From: a virus
IMG/VR virus record: IMGVR_UViG_3300045988_107889
Coordinates: 1 to 64,000 of that record
Length of the DNA: 64,000 nt
Direction: 5' to 3' (one strand)
Positions 29,569 to 39,052 of this stretch are shown in pieces. Made by a program: the position numbers and the translations under genes. Below the pieces are notes generated by a model. It ran no database searches. It saw nothing but the letters and a program-made list of their open reading frames with translations, and had not been told where the DNA came from. Each line of letters starts with the position of its first letter. Position 1 is the stretch's first letter.

Positions 29569-31344
29569 TCACCTCCTTCTAAGTCTGGGTGCTCTTTGAC
29601 ATCGCAATAGCTCAGAAATATCTATGTTAGATTTCCTCTTCATACGCGACTTGTCTTCTAGTTGACACGCAACCCAGTAGTTATAAGAAAGGGATGAGTA
29701 CCGGTCTTTTCGATAGCCGGATTTTTCGTATACCTTTACACCTGATTGAGTGTCTTCGTATTTCAAGTTAATAATTTCGTCAACCAGGTACGTAGTGTCC
29801 ACATACGGAAGTCGAACCGCAGTCTTCTCGACCGGGTTGATGGACCCCCAACCACGTACTTCAGAGAGATAATCTTCCGCATCATATTCGTTTGCAAGCA
29901 AGCGAATTTTACCAGACCGGAATCCTTCTCTCAAAGAAAAAGCACACTCCGAATTGAAGCGTGCAGTCTGATTATTTATTACCCACAGAGCTTTTGGTGC
30001 ATCCATGTCGGTACACCTAGCAGCAAGGTCAGGATTGTTATAGCAGGACAGAGCACCATATGTTTCGCCTGTGTCAGGATCGTATATATCGTCCAGCAAC
30101 AAGTCAACCACACCAGCGCCAACGCCTTTGCCGTCAATCACAATATAGTCTGCTGAGTATTCTTCGTACAATCTCCGAATACGTAACGCCTGTCTTTGCG
30201 TCGTCTCGCCTTCATGCGACTCCGTATAAACGATGTTGCTATAGTAACGACCATGCGTATTGGGTGTCATTCGATTCACAAAGATCGCCGTCGCGTCGTT
30301 CTCTGACTTTTTCGTAGAACTCATCAAAGCGACGTCAACAGATATTATTCTTATCTCATCTACCTGTTTGTTCACGATCCCCATATCCTTGGCGGCCAGT
30401 TTTCCAGGCAAGGCATAGGATGGCAGCATCGGGAACTTCAGACGTCGCGTGCGATTGATTGCCTCATAGTTGAAGAACGAACCTTCAACGTCGCCTGTCC
30501 AGCAACATTCCATTTCCCTCGCCCATTGGGATTCATTAAATGTCGCTTCGGACATTTCTTCGATCGCCTGTTCTGCGCTATATAGCCCTTCTTTAATTGA
30601 GAGCTGATAGGGGAGACCACATACAAAGTACGGCCCAGCTTGTACCATCTTAGCGTAAAAATCTTCGACCTTCTTGTATGACCAATGATCTTTAAACCAG
30701 GCAGAAGTCAGATAGATTTCTTTGTTTCTTTCTTTGACATGGGCATACTCCGGATTATCAATATATGGAGGATGGCGTTCATCAGAAAGAAATCTCCTTA
30801 ACACCTCATTGATGGCCGATTCAGGGATCATTCTAAACTCATCACAGATAATAATGTTCGCTCTGTTGCCACGAGCTGTATCGCTAGCAGTTACAACCTT
30901 AATCGTTGACCCGTTTTCAAAGATACAAATAGGGTTGTTAGGGGCTGTCGTAATAGTCTTAATCTCGCGTTTCAGCCCTGGCGAGTTTACCATGAACTGA
31001 TTCTGAATGTACTCCAGAATATTGATACTCTGAGATCTACGCCCAGCAGCAACGCAGACTTTTGTGCCGGGGTACAAGATACACCGCACACAGCAGTAAA
31101 GAGAAATAAGAAAACTCTTGCCTTGCCCTCTCGCTGCAATATAGGCAGTATAGTTACATTGATCCATCTCGACCATAAGTATTTGTTGAAATGGCTTCAG
31201 GCTAATACCCAGGTAGTCTTTTGCAAACCTATGTGGGTTGGCTCGGTAGAAAGCAGCCCAGGCAGCCACGCCTTCGAAGACACGCTCCTCTCTTGACTTC
31301 GTAGGGTCAAGTCTTATTTGCCGTGTCTTTGTGTATTCCGTCAT
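29569..31344 (-). CDS. terL: terminase large subunit
   Basis: Walker A-like AARGQGKS, Walker B-like ANIIICDEF, and a C-terminal nuclease-type region. 591 aa. Confidence 0.85.
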   Translation of the reverse strand: MTEYTKTRQIRLDPTKSREERVFEGVAAWAAFYRANPHRFAKDYLGISLKPFQQILMVEMDQCNYTAYIAARGQGKSFLISLYCCVRCILYPGTKVCVAAGRRSQSINILEYIQNQFMVNSPGLKREIKTITTAPNNPICIFENGSTIKVVTASDTARGNRANIIICDEFRMIPESAINEVLRRFLSDERHPPYIDNPEYAHVKERNKEIYLTSAWFKDHWSYKKVEDFYAKMVQAGPYFVCGLPYQLSIKEGLYSAEQAIEEMSEATFNESQWAREMECCWTGDVEGSFFNYEAINRTRRLKFPMLPSYALPGKLAAKDMGIVNKQVDEIRIISVDVALMSSTKKSENDATAIFVNRMTPNTHGRYYSNIVYTESHEGETTQRQALRIRRLYEEYSADYIVIDGKGVGAGVVDLLLDDIYDPDTGETYGALSCYNNPDLAARCTDMDAPKALWVINNQTARFNSECAFSLREGFRSGKIRLLANEYDAEDYLSEVRGWGSINPVEKTAVRLPYVDTTYLVDEIINLKYEDTQSGVKVYEKSGYRKDRYSSLSYNYWVACQLEDKSRMKRKSNIDISELLRCQRAPRLRRR

Positions 31345-32315
31345 TCATCGACCACATCCTCATCTTCTGAGTAATCCGGACGATCAACCCTGTACTCACT
31401 CATCGCCTCTTCGTACATCTCGTTGTACTTGTTGTCCACCCCTACCATATTACATAACGGGCCTAGGAACCAAGTCATGTTGTACTTTCTAATATTATCA
31501 ACGTCAACCCAGTCCGATTGCGGCTCCGGAATAGGGCGTGTCTGCTCCCACTTTTGAATCGCTACACCAAAAGGCATATCATCTAGCCCAGAGTTCCGCT
31601 CGTCCTCTTTGATCTGGCTGGGCTTCAGATTCAATGAACCTAGCGTATTGACCAGAGAGGCTTGTTGTTTTTCGAAAGGCTTACCATTCTTCTGAAGTTC
31701 ATCAATCTCAAACACAGACAGACAAGCCTGTTTAACCAGGAGAGCCTTGGCGGGAGTATCAACGGTATATCCATTAGTCAGCCTGTCGTATGTATGTTGA
31801 AGCTCGTCGTAGCACCACGGCTCTCTGCCCTTACCCCAGAACTCTTCTAGTTCAGGGGGGACTTCAGGATCTTCTTCAGCGTTCATACCAATAGAAGCCT
31901 GCTTCCCCAGTAGCATTTGTCGCCGGGCTTCTTCGACGACAGTGTTGTCATATGTCTTTTTAATATGCTGGTTGAGGTTCATTCGGTCAAGGTAAGTTCT
32001 GATCAATGTTGAACTCTCGCTTTTGTTCGCCGTAGAGACCTTATCCCAAACGTCTTTTTCCCAATAGATATCAAACTTCGAGCATACCTTTTTAGCTGCG
32101 TCCGCCTCAGATAGACCGCTATCCCTATACTTGATATATAGGGCGTCAACACACCTGTTACACCAGCACAGGTAGTTATTATTTCCTTTATACAGCGTGC
32201 TCTGAACAGTCTTGAAATTGCGAGCTTGTGTAGGATAGACAGTGCCGCAACCAACACATTTGAACTGACCTTTGACTCTTGTGGGTTCCGTCGCCCCTAA
32301 TTTCTGCCTAGCCAT
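31341..32315 (-). CDS. putative terminase small subunit / DNA-binding protein with a zinc ribbon
   Basis: CVGCG...CWCNRC Cys4 motif. 4-nt overlap with terL. Confidence 0.45.
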   Translation of the reverse strand: MARQKLGATEPTRVKGQFKCVGCGTVYPTQARNFKTVQSTLYKGNNNYLCWCNRCVDALYIKYRDSGLSEADAAKKVCSKFDIYWEKDVWDKVSTANKSESSTLIRTYLDRMNLNQHIKKTYDNTVVEEARRQMLLGKQASIGMNAEEDPEVPPELEEFWGKGREPWCYDELQHTYDRLTNGYTVDTPAKALLVKQACLSVFEIDELQKNGKPFEKQQASLVNTLGSLNLKPSQIKEDERNSGLDDMPFGVAIQKWEQTRPIPEPQSDWVDVDNIRKYNMTWFLGPLCNMVGVDNKYNEMYEEAMSEYRVDRPDYSEDEDVVDE

Positions 32316-32638
32316 TACAGGTCAATAGTCTGGAAACGACCGTGCGCAACTTCATCACGGAGCCGCTTGCCTGGGCTAAACTTTACACCCTTGCGGGGAG
32401 GAATATTATAAGTCTGCTCGTTGATTGTTGCTTGTCGTTCAGGATATTCATGTACCTTAAAGGCACCAAAACCGTGCAGAGAGATGTCTTCGCCTTCGGC
32501 CAGTGCCTTTTCGATAGCGAACTTTACAGCATCTACCATCAGTTCGCCATCCTTTACTCTATACTTAACGCCAGACAGATGCTCCGCCATTTCCAATACT
32601 CGTCTTACAAATTGCTTATTGTTAATCATTTCATTCAA
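32315..32638 (-). CDS. HU/IHF-family DNA-binding protein
   Basis: LHGFGAFKVHEYPERQATINEQTYNIPPRKGVKFSPGKRLRD matches the HU beta-arm signature. Confidence 0.85.
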   Translation of the reverse strand: MNEMINNKQFVRRVLEMAEHLSGVKYRVKDGELMVDAVKFAIEKALAEGEDISLHGFGAFKVHEYPERQATINEQTYNIPPRKGVKFSPGKRLRDEVAHGRFQTIDL

Positions 32639-32655
32639 CCTTTCATTCGTTCATG

Positions 32656-33681
32656 TTACAGGTCAGCTAGTCCAGTTGCCTTAACATCTGTTTTAATTCC
32701 ATCTTCACCAAAATACTTTTCCAACTGTTCGTCATCAGGAGTGTCGTCATACAGCCGAACCATATCGGCGGAACTCCAGCCGATAACAGTCTGCACAACA
32801 CTATCCGGCAGACCAAGCCGTGCTAACTTTGTGGTGAAGAAATGACGTAAGGCGTGCCAATAGAACGGCACGCCCAATATTTTGCTAAACCGAACAGCCC
32901 AGCTGTTCAGCGTAGAAATATTCATTTGTTTCGTGGGGTCTGCTTTGTCATAAAACAGCCATTCGCTCTCCACGTTATTTTCTTTTCTCCAATTCATATA
33001 GAGGTCTAAGTAAGGGTCGAACTCTTTTGAGAGGGTGTAACAATAGAGATATTTACCGTTGCCAGCACCTTTTGTTTTTACCTTCTCCGGAGTCTTATAT
33101 AGCGACCCGTAAATAATGTTGTCGTTTGTGAACCAGTCTACCTTAAAACGCAACAGTTCCGACTTTCTTCTTCCGCTACACATAGCAAGTGACAGTGCGC
33201 ACGCTTGAGTAAACCTCTCTTCTTTAACCAGAATATCTAGCAGCGACTGCAACTGCTCATCAGAGAACACTGTTTTCTCTCTAACCGGCTGATTGATTGG
33301 GGACTCGATCTTCCTCACGATGGGACGATATCCTTCATACTCGTCGTCCAAAATATTCTCCACGTAATTGGATAGGGAAGAAAGGGCGGCCTTTAGACGT
33401 CTGACTCTTGCTGGGGAGTTTTCGTTCTCGTAGATAAGCCAGTTCTGATATGAGATCAGGTCACGCTTTGATAGGTCAACAAAGAATTTATTATTGTTGT
33501 TCTGCAGATTCCATACAAAGAAGATGTCGAGGTCGTGGGAGTACCCATCAATTGTTCCACTACTTCTTTGTACTGATTTTAGATAAGTAAGGAAATCGTT
33601 CTTCAATCTTTTATTTTCTGGATTAACCTGCTCTAAAAGCGTAGGGCTAGTGATGTTGTTATACTTTGTCTTACGTGGCAT
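32656..33681 (-). CDS. tyrosine recombinase (XerC/D- or phage-integrase-type)
   Basis: Box I SGRRKSELLRF, HALRHFFTT (HxxR), and GWSSADMVRLY (catalytic Tyr region). An N-terminal SAM-like domain is present. Confidence 0.85.
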   Translation of the reverse strand: MPRKTKYNNITSPTLLEQVNPENKRLKNDFLTYLKSVQRSSGTIDGYSHDLDIFFVWNLQNNNNKFFVDLSKRDLISYQNWLIYENENSPARVRRLKAALSSLSNYVENILDDEYEGYRPIVRKIESPINQPVREKTVFSDEQLQSLLDILVKEERFTQACALSLAMCSGRRKSELLRFKVDWFTNDNIIYGSLYKTPEKVKTKGAGNGKYLYCYTLSKEFDPYLDLYMNWRKENNVESEWLFYDKADPTKQMNISTLNSWAVRFSKILGVPFYWHALRHFFTTKLARLGLPDSVVQTVIGWSSADMVRLYDDTPDDEQLEKYFGEDGIKTDVKATGLADL

Positions 33682-33715
33682 ATACGCCCACCTCGCTTTC
33701 TAGCAGCATTCAATT

Positions 33716-34915
33716 TTAGTCTAGTCTTATATTGTATGACGCGTCTCGTCCGCACTCAGGATTGAAGAACAGCAGCGTCTGACCAGGAATGCTATACAGC
33801 CTTTTTGTATTAGCAAAGCTATCTGTGCCGCACAGCGCTCGAACAGAAATTGTTTCAATTGCAAGCTCTTCAAACTCTTCTAAGTGATGACGATGCGCTA
33901 AGATAATATAGTCAATCTTTTGGTCAAATCGTTGCGAGAAAAGTGCGTAAAGACTCTTCCCCGCTGTGTTGACTTTCTTCTCTAGGTCGCCGTGTGTCGC
34001 ACAAATGTAATAACCACAGACGTTCATTGTAGCGAACTCCGGATACTCAGAGTTAATAATATGAACGTGATTAAATCCAGCCAGCCTTAGCTCAAGCCAC
34101 CAGGGAATTAGCCGCTCTATATTATCTGTGTGGATACTATCTTTCTTATTCTGTACTGTACGTGAGTGATTACCGTAGGTGCAATACAAATTCAGTTCCG
34201 GCACATACTGTGATAATTCAGCAACCGTTTCAGCAATAAGCTCTGACACCTGCATAATCTGATCGCACACCAGTTGTTCCGACTCAATCCTAGAGGTTGT
34301 ATGAATGGCACCGCTAATCATGTCACCTAGCACAAGTATGTGCAGCTTGCTAGGCTTGTGTAACTTCATCCGCTCGACCGCGCCGTCAATCAGTTTTCTG
34401 ACGCGGTTAACACAGATATCGGTGCTATACTCGTTCCAAACATTATAGGTCTTCATCCCGTAATGCCAGTCCGCCAACACCAATACAGCCTCATTATTCC
34501 CACGAATCGTATGTAACTCTTCTTGGTAAAGATTATGCAGCTTAGGGGTTAAAGTGAGCGCAGCCTCGAACAACCTGTCACCTAACGCCTCCAGCCTGCC
34601 TGCATGAGACAGCTTCGCATCCAGGACTCTCTGCTGATCAAGTAGCGCTTTGCGCTCGTGTTCGATCCTTTTTGTCTGATTGTATAGCGGGTCTTTTGCA
34701 TTGACCTTATGGATGAGCAGCCCCTCATTGTCGATTACTTCAAATAACCGTTTCATGCCGTACATTCGTCGGCGAACCTCGGACGAACTGTAGGCGTTGC
34801 CCTCACCAAAAATCTCTTCGCTGATATCTTCAAAGCTGTCGGGGAGAGTACGGGTGACAAGTTTGCTATCGACAAGATATCGCAAGCGGTCGTAAGAGAT
34901 CACTGACGACGACAC
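33716..34915 (-). CDS. calcineurin-like metallophosphoesterase (SbcD/Mre11-style motifs)
   Basis: LADWHYG (DxH), LGDMISG (GD), YGNHSR (GNH), THGD and AHRHH motifs occur in the canonical order. Confidence 0.75.
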   Translation of the reverse strand: MSSSVISYDRLRYLVDSKLVTRTLPDSFEDISEEIFGEGNAYSSSEVRRRMYGMKRLFEVIDNEGLLIHKVNAKDPLYNQTKRIEHERKALLDQQRVLDAKLSHAGRLEALGDRLFEAALTLTPKLHNLYQEELHTIRGNNEAVLVLADWHYGMKTYNVWNEYSTDICVNRVRKLIDGAVERMKLHKPSKLHILVLGDMISGAIHTTSRIESEQLVCDQIMQVSELIAETVAELSQYVPELNLYCTYGNHSRTVQNKKDSIHTDNIERLIPWWLELRLAGFNHVHIINSEYPEFATMNVCGYYICATHGDLEKKVNTAGKSLYALFSQRFDQKIDYIILAHRHHLEEFEELAIETISVRALCGTDSFANTKRLYSIPGQTLLFFNPECGRDASYNIRLD

Positions 34916-35136
34916 CCCGTTTCACCATAGGTAGCGACCACACCTTCTGTTCGCAGTCGATTTAGGAATCTCATAACTGTACGACTTTCTTCTAGATAGA
35001 ACTTATGTCGCGTCTTTCTGATGTTTGCGCGCCGTACTTTCTTACGGATTGCTGCAGCTTCTGCTCTTGAAATTTGAATCAATTTCTTTGCTCCTTTTAT
35101 TCTATTTGAGATTAAATAAAGAACCATATTGTTCAT
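34900..35136 (-). CDS. small basic protein, first gene of the late operon
   Basis: 78 aa, Arg/Lys-rich, overlaps the next gene. Confidence 0.5.
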   Translation of the reverse strand: MNNMVLYLISNRIKGAKKLIQISRAEAAAIRKKVRRANIRKTRHKFYLEESRTVMRFLNRLRTEGVVATYGETGCRRQ

Positions 35137-35148
35137 TTAAAATGTTCC

Positions 35149-35162
35149 ATGAACCTGTTCAT
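35149..35162. promoter_or_regulatory. palindrome ATGAAC-CT-GTTCAT immediately upstream of the late operon
   Basis: Perfect 6+6 inverted repeat 13 nt upstream of the first late gene. The ATGAAC half-site recurs three times at 44666-44702. Confidence 0.35.
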
Positions 35163-35210
35163 TATTTTAATCTCATATAATAGTAGAATTTTTTGGAAGA
35201 TAAATTTTTG

Positions 35211-35238
35211 CAAAAAAATAGCGGCCTTCTGGCCGCTA
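35211..35238 (-). terminator. intrinsic terminator of the lipoprotein moron
   Basis: Stem tagcggcc/ggccgcta (35219-35226/35231-35238), followed on the minus strand by T7 (plus A-run 35212-35218), 7 nt after the stop at 35245. Confidence 0.85.
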
Positions 35239-35244
35239 AAATTT

Positions 35245-36003
35245 TTATTCCTGCTTCTCCAATACGGAGCCAGTGTTAAGCGTAATTGTGTTACCATCAA
35301 TTTTCCCGCTCAAGACGTTGCTTTCAGATTGAGAAATAATATTAAAATTGTTATCAGAAACTCCCCACCTTATACTGGTCGGGCCAGTGGAACTACCATT
35401 AACAGTAACATCAATATTGCCAACGCCAAAGCTCTTTACATCTAGCTCAATTTCAATATTACTATTATCTTCGACGCTACGATATTTACCAGTATAATCT
35501 GGTGTTTCCTTGCCACTATAGTTGATCACAAAAGAACTGTAGCCGTGATCGACTACTTTTCCATCACTCAACTCTGGCAAAAATCCAGCACCATTTGCAT
35601 AACACTTCATCACCTGATTCCTATCATCAGGGGTAGCGTTTGGTAGGGCGGCTTCGAGAAAGGAAAAAAGCTCCGAATTGAATGCGTTATCCGTACTTTG
35701 ACCAGTCGTTTTAAAATTGCAAATAAACGCGACTTCTTGTACAGAATCATTTTCGCCAACAGAATCTCTTCCTGTGGAGATTTTAATTTTAGACCCATCA
35801 ATCAGCGAAAATGAACCGCTACTATTAGTCTTGTTTAGACGCGTCATCGACCCATAATCGATAGAGAAAGTCTCGCTCCAGGCTTCGAGACTTTTATTAT
35901 ATGTGTCACAGAACTCTCCAACCGTAAAAGAACCTCCTCCGCCGCAACCAGCCAGCGATACGGCCATGCATATCGCAAGTAAAGCACCTAGTATTTTTCT
36001 CAT
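35245..36003 (-). CDS. secreted lipoprotein (moron; candidate superinfection-exclusion or lysogenic-conversion protein)
   Basis: MRKILGALLAICMAVSLAGCGGG is a signal peptide with a lipobox L-A-G-C. The gene has its own promoter and terminator. Confidence 0.8.
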   Translation of the reverse strand: MRKILGALLAICMAVSLAGCGGGGSFTVGEFCDTYNKSLEAWSETFSIDYGSMTRLNKTNSSGSFSLIDGSKIKISTGRDSVGENDSVQEVAFICNFKTTGQSTDNAFNSELFSFLEAALPNATPDDRNQVMKCYANGAGFLPELSDGKVVDHGYSSFVINYSGKETPDYTGKYRSVEDNSNIEIELDVKSFGVGNIDVTVNGSSTGPTSIRWGVSDNNFNIISQSESNVLSGKIDGNTITLNTGSVLEKQE

Positions 36004-36036
36004 ACACTTTTCCCCCATCAATTTAACGTTAGAACT

Positions 36037-36065
36037 ATTTTACCACATATTACATTGTTCGTCAA
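36037..36065 (-). promoter_or_regulatory. sigma-A-type promoter of the lipoprotein gene
   Basis: Minus strand reads TTGACG (36065-36060), 17 nt, then TGgTAAAAT (-10 at 36042-36037, extended TG). Confidence 0.7.
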
Positions 36066-36079
36066 TATATGCACCACCA

Positions 36080-36358
36080 CTACACCGATCTAGTCGCCGC
36101 CAGGCGTTCAGCTGCCGCAGCCTTTTGCGCATCAGACATTCTGCGCTTTGGGGATACTCTTACCCAGTCACGGGGAACCGTGTATGTCACGGCTCCCGTT
36201 TCTGATTCTCTGATCTTCTGTATTTCGTCTGGCCTGTCTTTGCAGAACTTAGATAGGCGATTGATTAACCGCTTGTTATGTGTATATACTTCGGCGCGGT
36301 CATCTACTTCCGTATAAAGGATGATTGTTTCTCTTTCTTCTTTTGATAAGTTAACCAT
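36080..36358 (-). CDS. hypothetical protein
   Basis: 92-aa ORF overlapping the upstream gene by 8 nt. Confidence 0.5.
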   Translation of the reverse strand: MVNLSKEERETIILYTEVDDRAEVYTHNKRLINRLSKFCKDRPDEIQKIRESETGAVTYTVPRDWVRVSPKRRMSDAQKAAAAERLAATRSV

Positions 36359-37037
36359 AATTTTCTCCCTCTATATAAAACCGATTTCGCTGTGTCTTTT
36401 CAAATATTTCATTATGTAACTTTTTAAAGTCATTGCGTACAAGCTGAAACTTTCCAGCGTTATAAAGCGGAACCTCTATACGCAATCTAGTCTGAGCATA
36501 TTTACTAGTGGTTGTTTTCTTAGCTCGATGCCACACTGTAGTTGCGCTAGAGTCCAGCTTCGTGATGTACCCAAGCTTAATAAGCTCCGGTAAGTAGCTG
36601 TGGCTAATATGCTGTCTAGTGACACCGCACCACTCAGATAAAGCGGATAGGGAAATGTCAAATTCTCTATTCTTATTTGCGTACACCTTCGCATAGCATA
36701 GCAGAGCTAGAGCAAGTTTGCGTGTATTCTTTCCGTCAAACAAATTGACGATTCTGTTGATGTCTGTTTCGCTTATGTATAAAGTCACATTATCTTTCAA
36801 TCTATCATCACAATTACGCGCCGATTCAATAATGTCATTTACATTGTACTTCAAATAATTATCGGTACGCTTTGCCCACTCAAAAATCCTGTCTCTTGTT
36901 TCTCGGAAGGTACACCCTTCCTGGGTGTACCAACGAGCAATCATATAGGCGGCGCGGTAACGACCGCGTTCTGTTATCTTCTTTCCGTCAAGGTACTCTT
37001 TTACTTCATATACTTCATCTATCAAATGAGGGAACAT
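36351..37037 (-). CDS. winged-helix-like DNA-binding protein downstream of the RNA polymerase gene
   Basis: LSALSEWCGVTRQHISHSYLPELIKLGYITK looks like HTH/wHTH. Overlaps the end of RNAP exon 3. Confidence 0.5.
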   Translation of the reverse strand: MFPHLIDEVYEVKEYLDGKKITERGRYRAAYMIARWYTQEGCTFRETRDRIFEWAKRTDNYLKYNVNDIIESARNCDDRLKDNVTLYISETDINRIVNLFDGKNTRKLALALLCYAKVYANKNREFDISLSALSEWCGVTRQHISHSYLPELIKLGYITKLDSSATTVWHRAKKTTTSKYAQTRLRIEVPLYNAGKFQLVRNDFKKLHNEIFEKTQRNRFYIEGENYG

Positions 37038-37657
37038 CCTCCTTCTTTATCTTAATCATCGTATATCTCTTTCCTAGGTATTCGAGTTCTCCTGTATCAT
37101 CCTGCTTTGGCAGTTTGATGTCTGCCTGCTCGATATTGCTAACAATGCCAGCGCCGCCAACAACCCACTTAAACCGCTGATTCCACGTCCTGTGGTCATG
37201 GCATAACATGACGGCGGCGTTAGCAACCAGCGAGGCGTTGCCGTTACAAATAGAGTAGCAGCGATTCCTATACCGCTCGTACAGTAGGGCGTATGCTTTC
37301 TTGCGTTCCGCTTCCGCGTCCTCTCCATCGAGCTGTTTCAACTTGTGCGACAGCTCTTTTACCTCTGTGCAGAACGAGCGATAGACTTGCTCCATTTCCT
37401 TGTAGAGTTCGTCCGAAACAGGGATTTCATCGTTAATCATGATGTTATAGTCGAACTCTTGGTCAGCTCTTTTGTACCTGACGCCCTTCTTCCAATGCTC
37501 GATCTCCCAACACAGCTTATTCATATTGGACAGTGAACGAGACAGCTTCAGTCTTTCATAATACGGAGAGGCGTACTTCATAAAATAAGGGAGGGGGCGT
37601 CCATATTTTGAAATAGTGCGGGGCATAGGGTACAGGATTCCGGTCTTTGCGTAATCT
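37015..37657 (-). CDS. YonO/QDE-1-like single-subunit RNA polymerase, exon 3 of 3
   Basis: The frame is open upstream of the annotated Met back to 37657. Begins (A)GAT TAC GCA AAG ACC GGA = DYAKTG, then ...PLPYFMKY, which is RdRP-family-like. Confidence 0.7.
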
Positions 37658-38768
37658 CTTTTACACCCTCCGTTTCCGGATATTTGTTAGGGAATAGACT
37701 ATATCATTACCCGTAAGACACGGGCAGTCAGCGCTTCCATTTAAGGGGATCTCACCCACTGAGAGTTTCACTCAGCCGTACTCCTATTGCGGAATCTCAC
37801 CGCCAACGGGATAGTCGTTGCACCTTCCTTATTAAAGGCTTGGCACAGAATTATCATATAGCACATTGTTTTTAACTTATATTATTTGATGTACACCATT
37901 CATCCCATCCGTCAACATGTACGTGCTTCCACGTTCTGTTATTCTTTATACTGAGCACGATGCCGTAACTGATGTTATTCTTTTTTGAAACCGCAGTAAT
38001 ATTTTCTCCATTCATAAGCGATTCCTTTATCCCTTTAGCGACGTCTTCAGATATTTTAGCGGATTTGTTTTTGCTTCCTTGAAGCGCCTTTGAGATCTTT
38101 TCTCTCGTATAATCACTGACGACTCTTCCCGTCATAAGCTCTCGCAATTTATTTTTGTGTTCATCTGAGCACGGTAAATGTTTGCTTGACTCTGACATTT
38201 TTCGCTTCGTCTCTTCAGAAGCTTTTCGCCCAAGCATATGCTCCCGATTTTTCTCTCCGACGATACGCTTTGCGTGGTCGTTCATAGGCACCCCACGTTT
38301 CCCGCCTCCGCCATCCGAAATATTGTAGCAGCTCCCTTTATCTTTTAGTTCTTTTATGTAGTATATTTCAGCGGCATCGACGTCATCACTATCGCTACAA
38401 ATTTGCACAACTGAAAACGTGAAGGAGTCTGATCCGTATTTATTCCAGGCGTTTTGTAAATGCCTGTTATCGTGTGAATGATCATTTAATTTCCAACAAT
38501 GATTCCAAAATCTTCTTTGAAAATTTTGCTTGGTCTGCCCAATATATTGCTTGCCGTTAACTGTATTGGTAATAGAATATATTCCAAAAAGATCTTTATA
38601 TTTTTCTTCTTCTATAAATTTCAATAATACTCCTCTTGGTAACTCATCAGAATTTATTTTATGTGCTACTTAGATTTTCTCTGTTAGCCGGTTCTTGACC
38701 GACACCCTACATGTGTAGGTTCACTGACTTTGCACTACGCTGTTACCAGCGCAGGCCACCGATTGTTG
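37658..38768 (-). mobile_element. group I intron (1111 nt) carrying a GIY-YIG homing endonuclease ORF
   Basis: 5' splice site follows U (..AAAUCCAU|CAAC). Intron nt 10-13 GUGG pair with exon CCAU (U-G wobble), and nt 5-8 AAUC pair with the 3' exon GAUU (P10). The intron ends in G (..GUAAAAG|AGAUUAC). Contains a P7-type AAUGAUAUAGUCU. Shares blocks with the intron at 39053-39332. Confidence 0.75.
37872..38624 (-). CDS. GIY-YIG homing endonuclease (I-TevI-like, with NUMOD-type repeats and a C-terminal HTH)
   Basis: GIYSITNTVNGKQYIGQT..RRFWNH..N GIY-YIG core, repeated ..EETKRKMSES / DEHKNKLREL / REKISKAL motifs, TTG start preceded by GAGGAG. Confidence 0.85.
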   Translation of the reverse strand: MKFIEEEKYKDLFGIYSITNTVNGKQYIGQTKQNFQRRFWNHCWKLNDHSHDNRHLQNAWNKYGSDSFTFSVVQICSDSDDVDAAEIYYIKELKDKGSCYNISDGGGGKRGVPMNDHAKRIVGEKNREHMLGRKASEETKRKMSESSKHLPCSDEHKNKLRELMTGRVVSDYTREKISKALQGSKNKSAKISEDVAKGIKESLMNGENITAVSKKNNISYGIVLSIKNNRTWKHVHVDGWDEWCTSNNIS

Positions 38769-39052
38769 ATGGATTTACCTGTTAAGACACTTATAATGTC
38801 AATATACTTCTCATACTTATCTCTTTGTTCTTCTGTTTTACCACATCTGTTTCTGTATGCTGTTGCGTAATTACTGTACTCACCAATCAAATTCTTCATT
38901 GTCCGTAGGATTACTTTCAACCTGTTCTCTGGCGTAAATTCCTCCGGCTCTGTTGTAATCTTATCATCTACGTCTATAACAGGTATGGCGTTTTTTTCTA
39001 CGCCGTTTAGTAACCTGTCATCATCAAATACTAAAACTAAATCTCCGTCAAA
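38769..39052 (-). CDS. YonO/QDE-1-like RNA polymerase, exon 2 of 3
   Basis: No start codon. Frame is open from 39052: TTT GAC GGA GAT = FDGD...LVLVFDDD... and ends ..LTGKS-AU. The ORF-track ORF 38735-38920 is its 3' part running into the intron. Confidence 0.7.

Noticed and set aside
318-32845. Many 60-170-aa plus-strand ORFs inside the minus-strand late operon, e.g. within the tape measure, capsid and terminase genes.
   Set aside because: All are embedded antisense or out of frame in long, well-supported genes, lack an RBS and give low-complexity translations.
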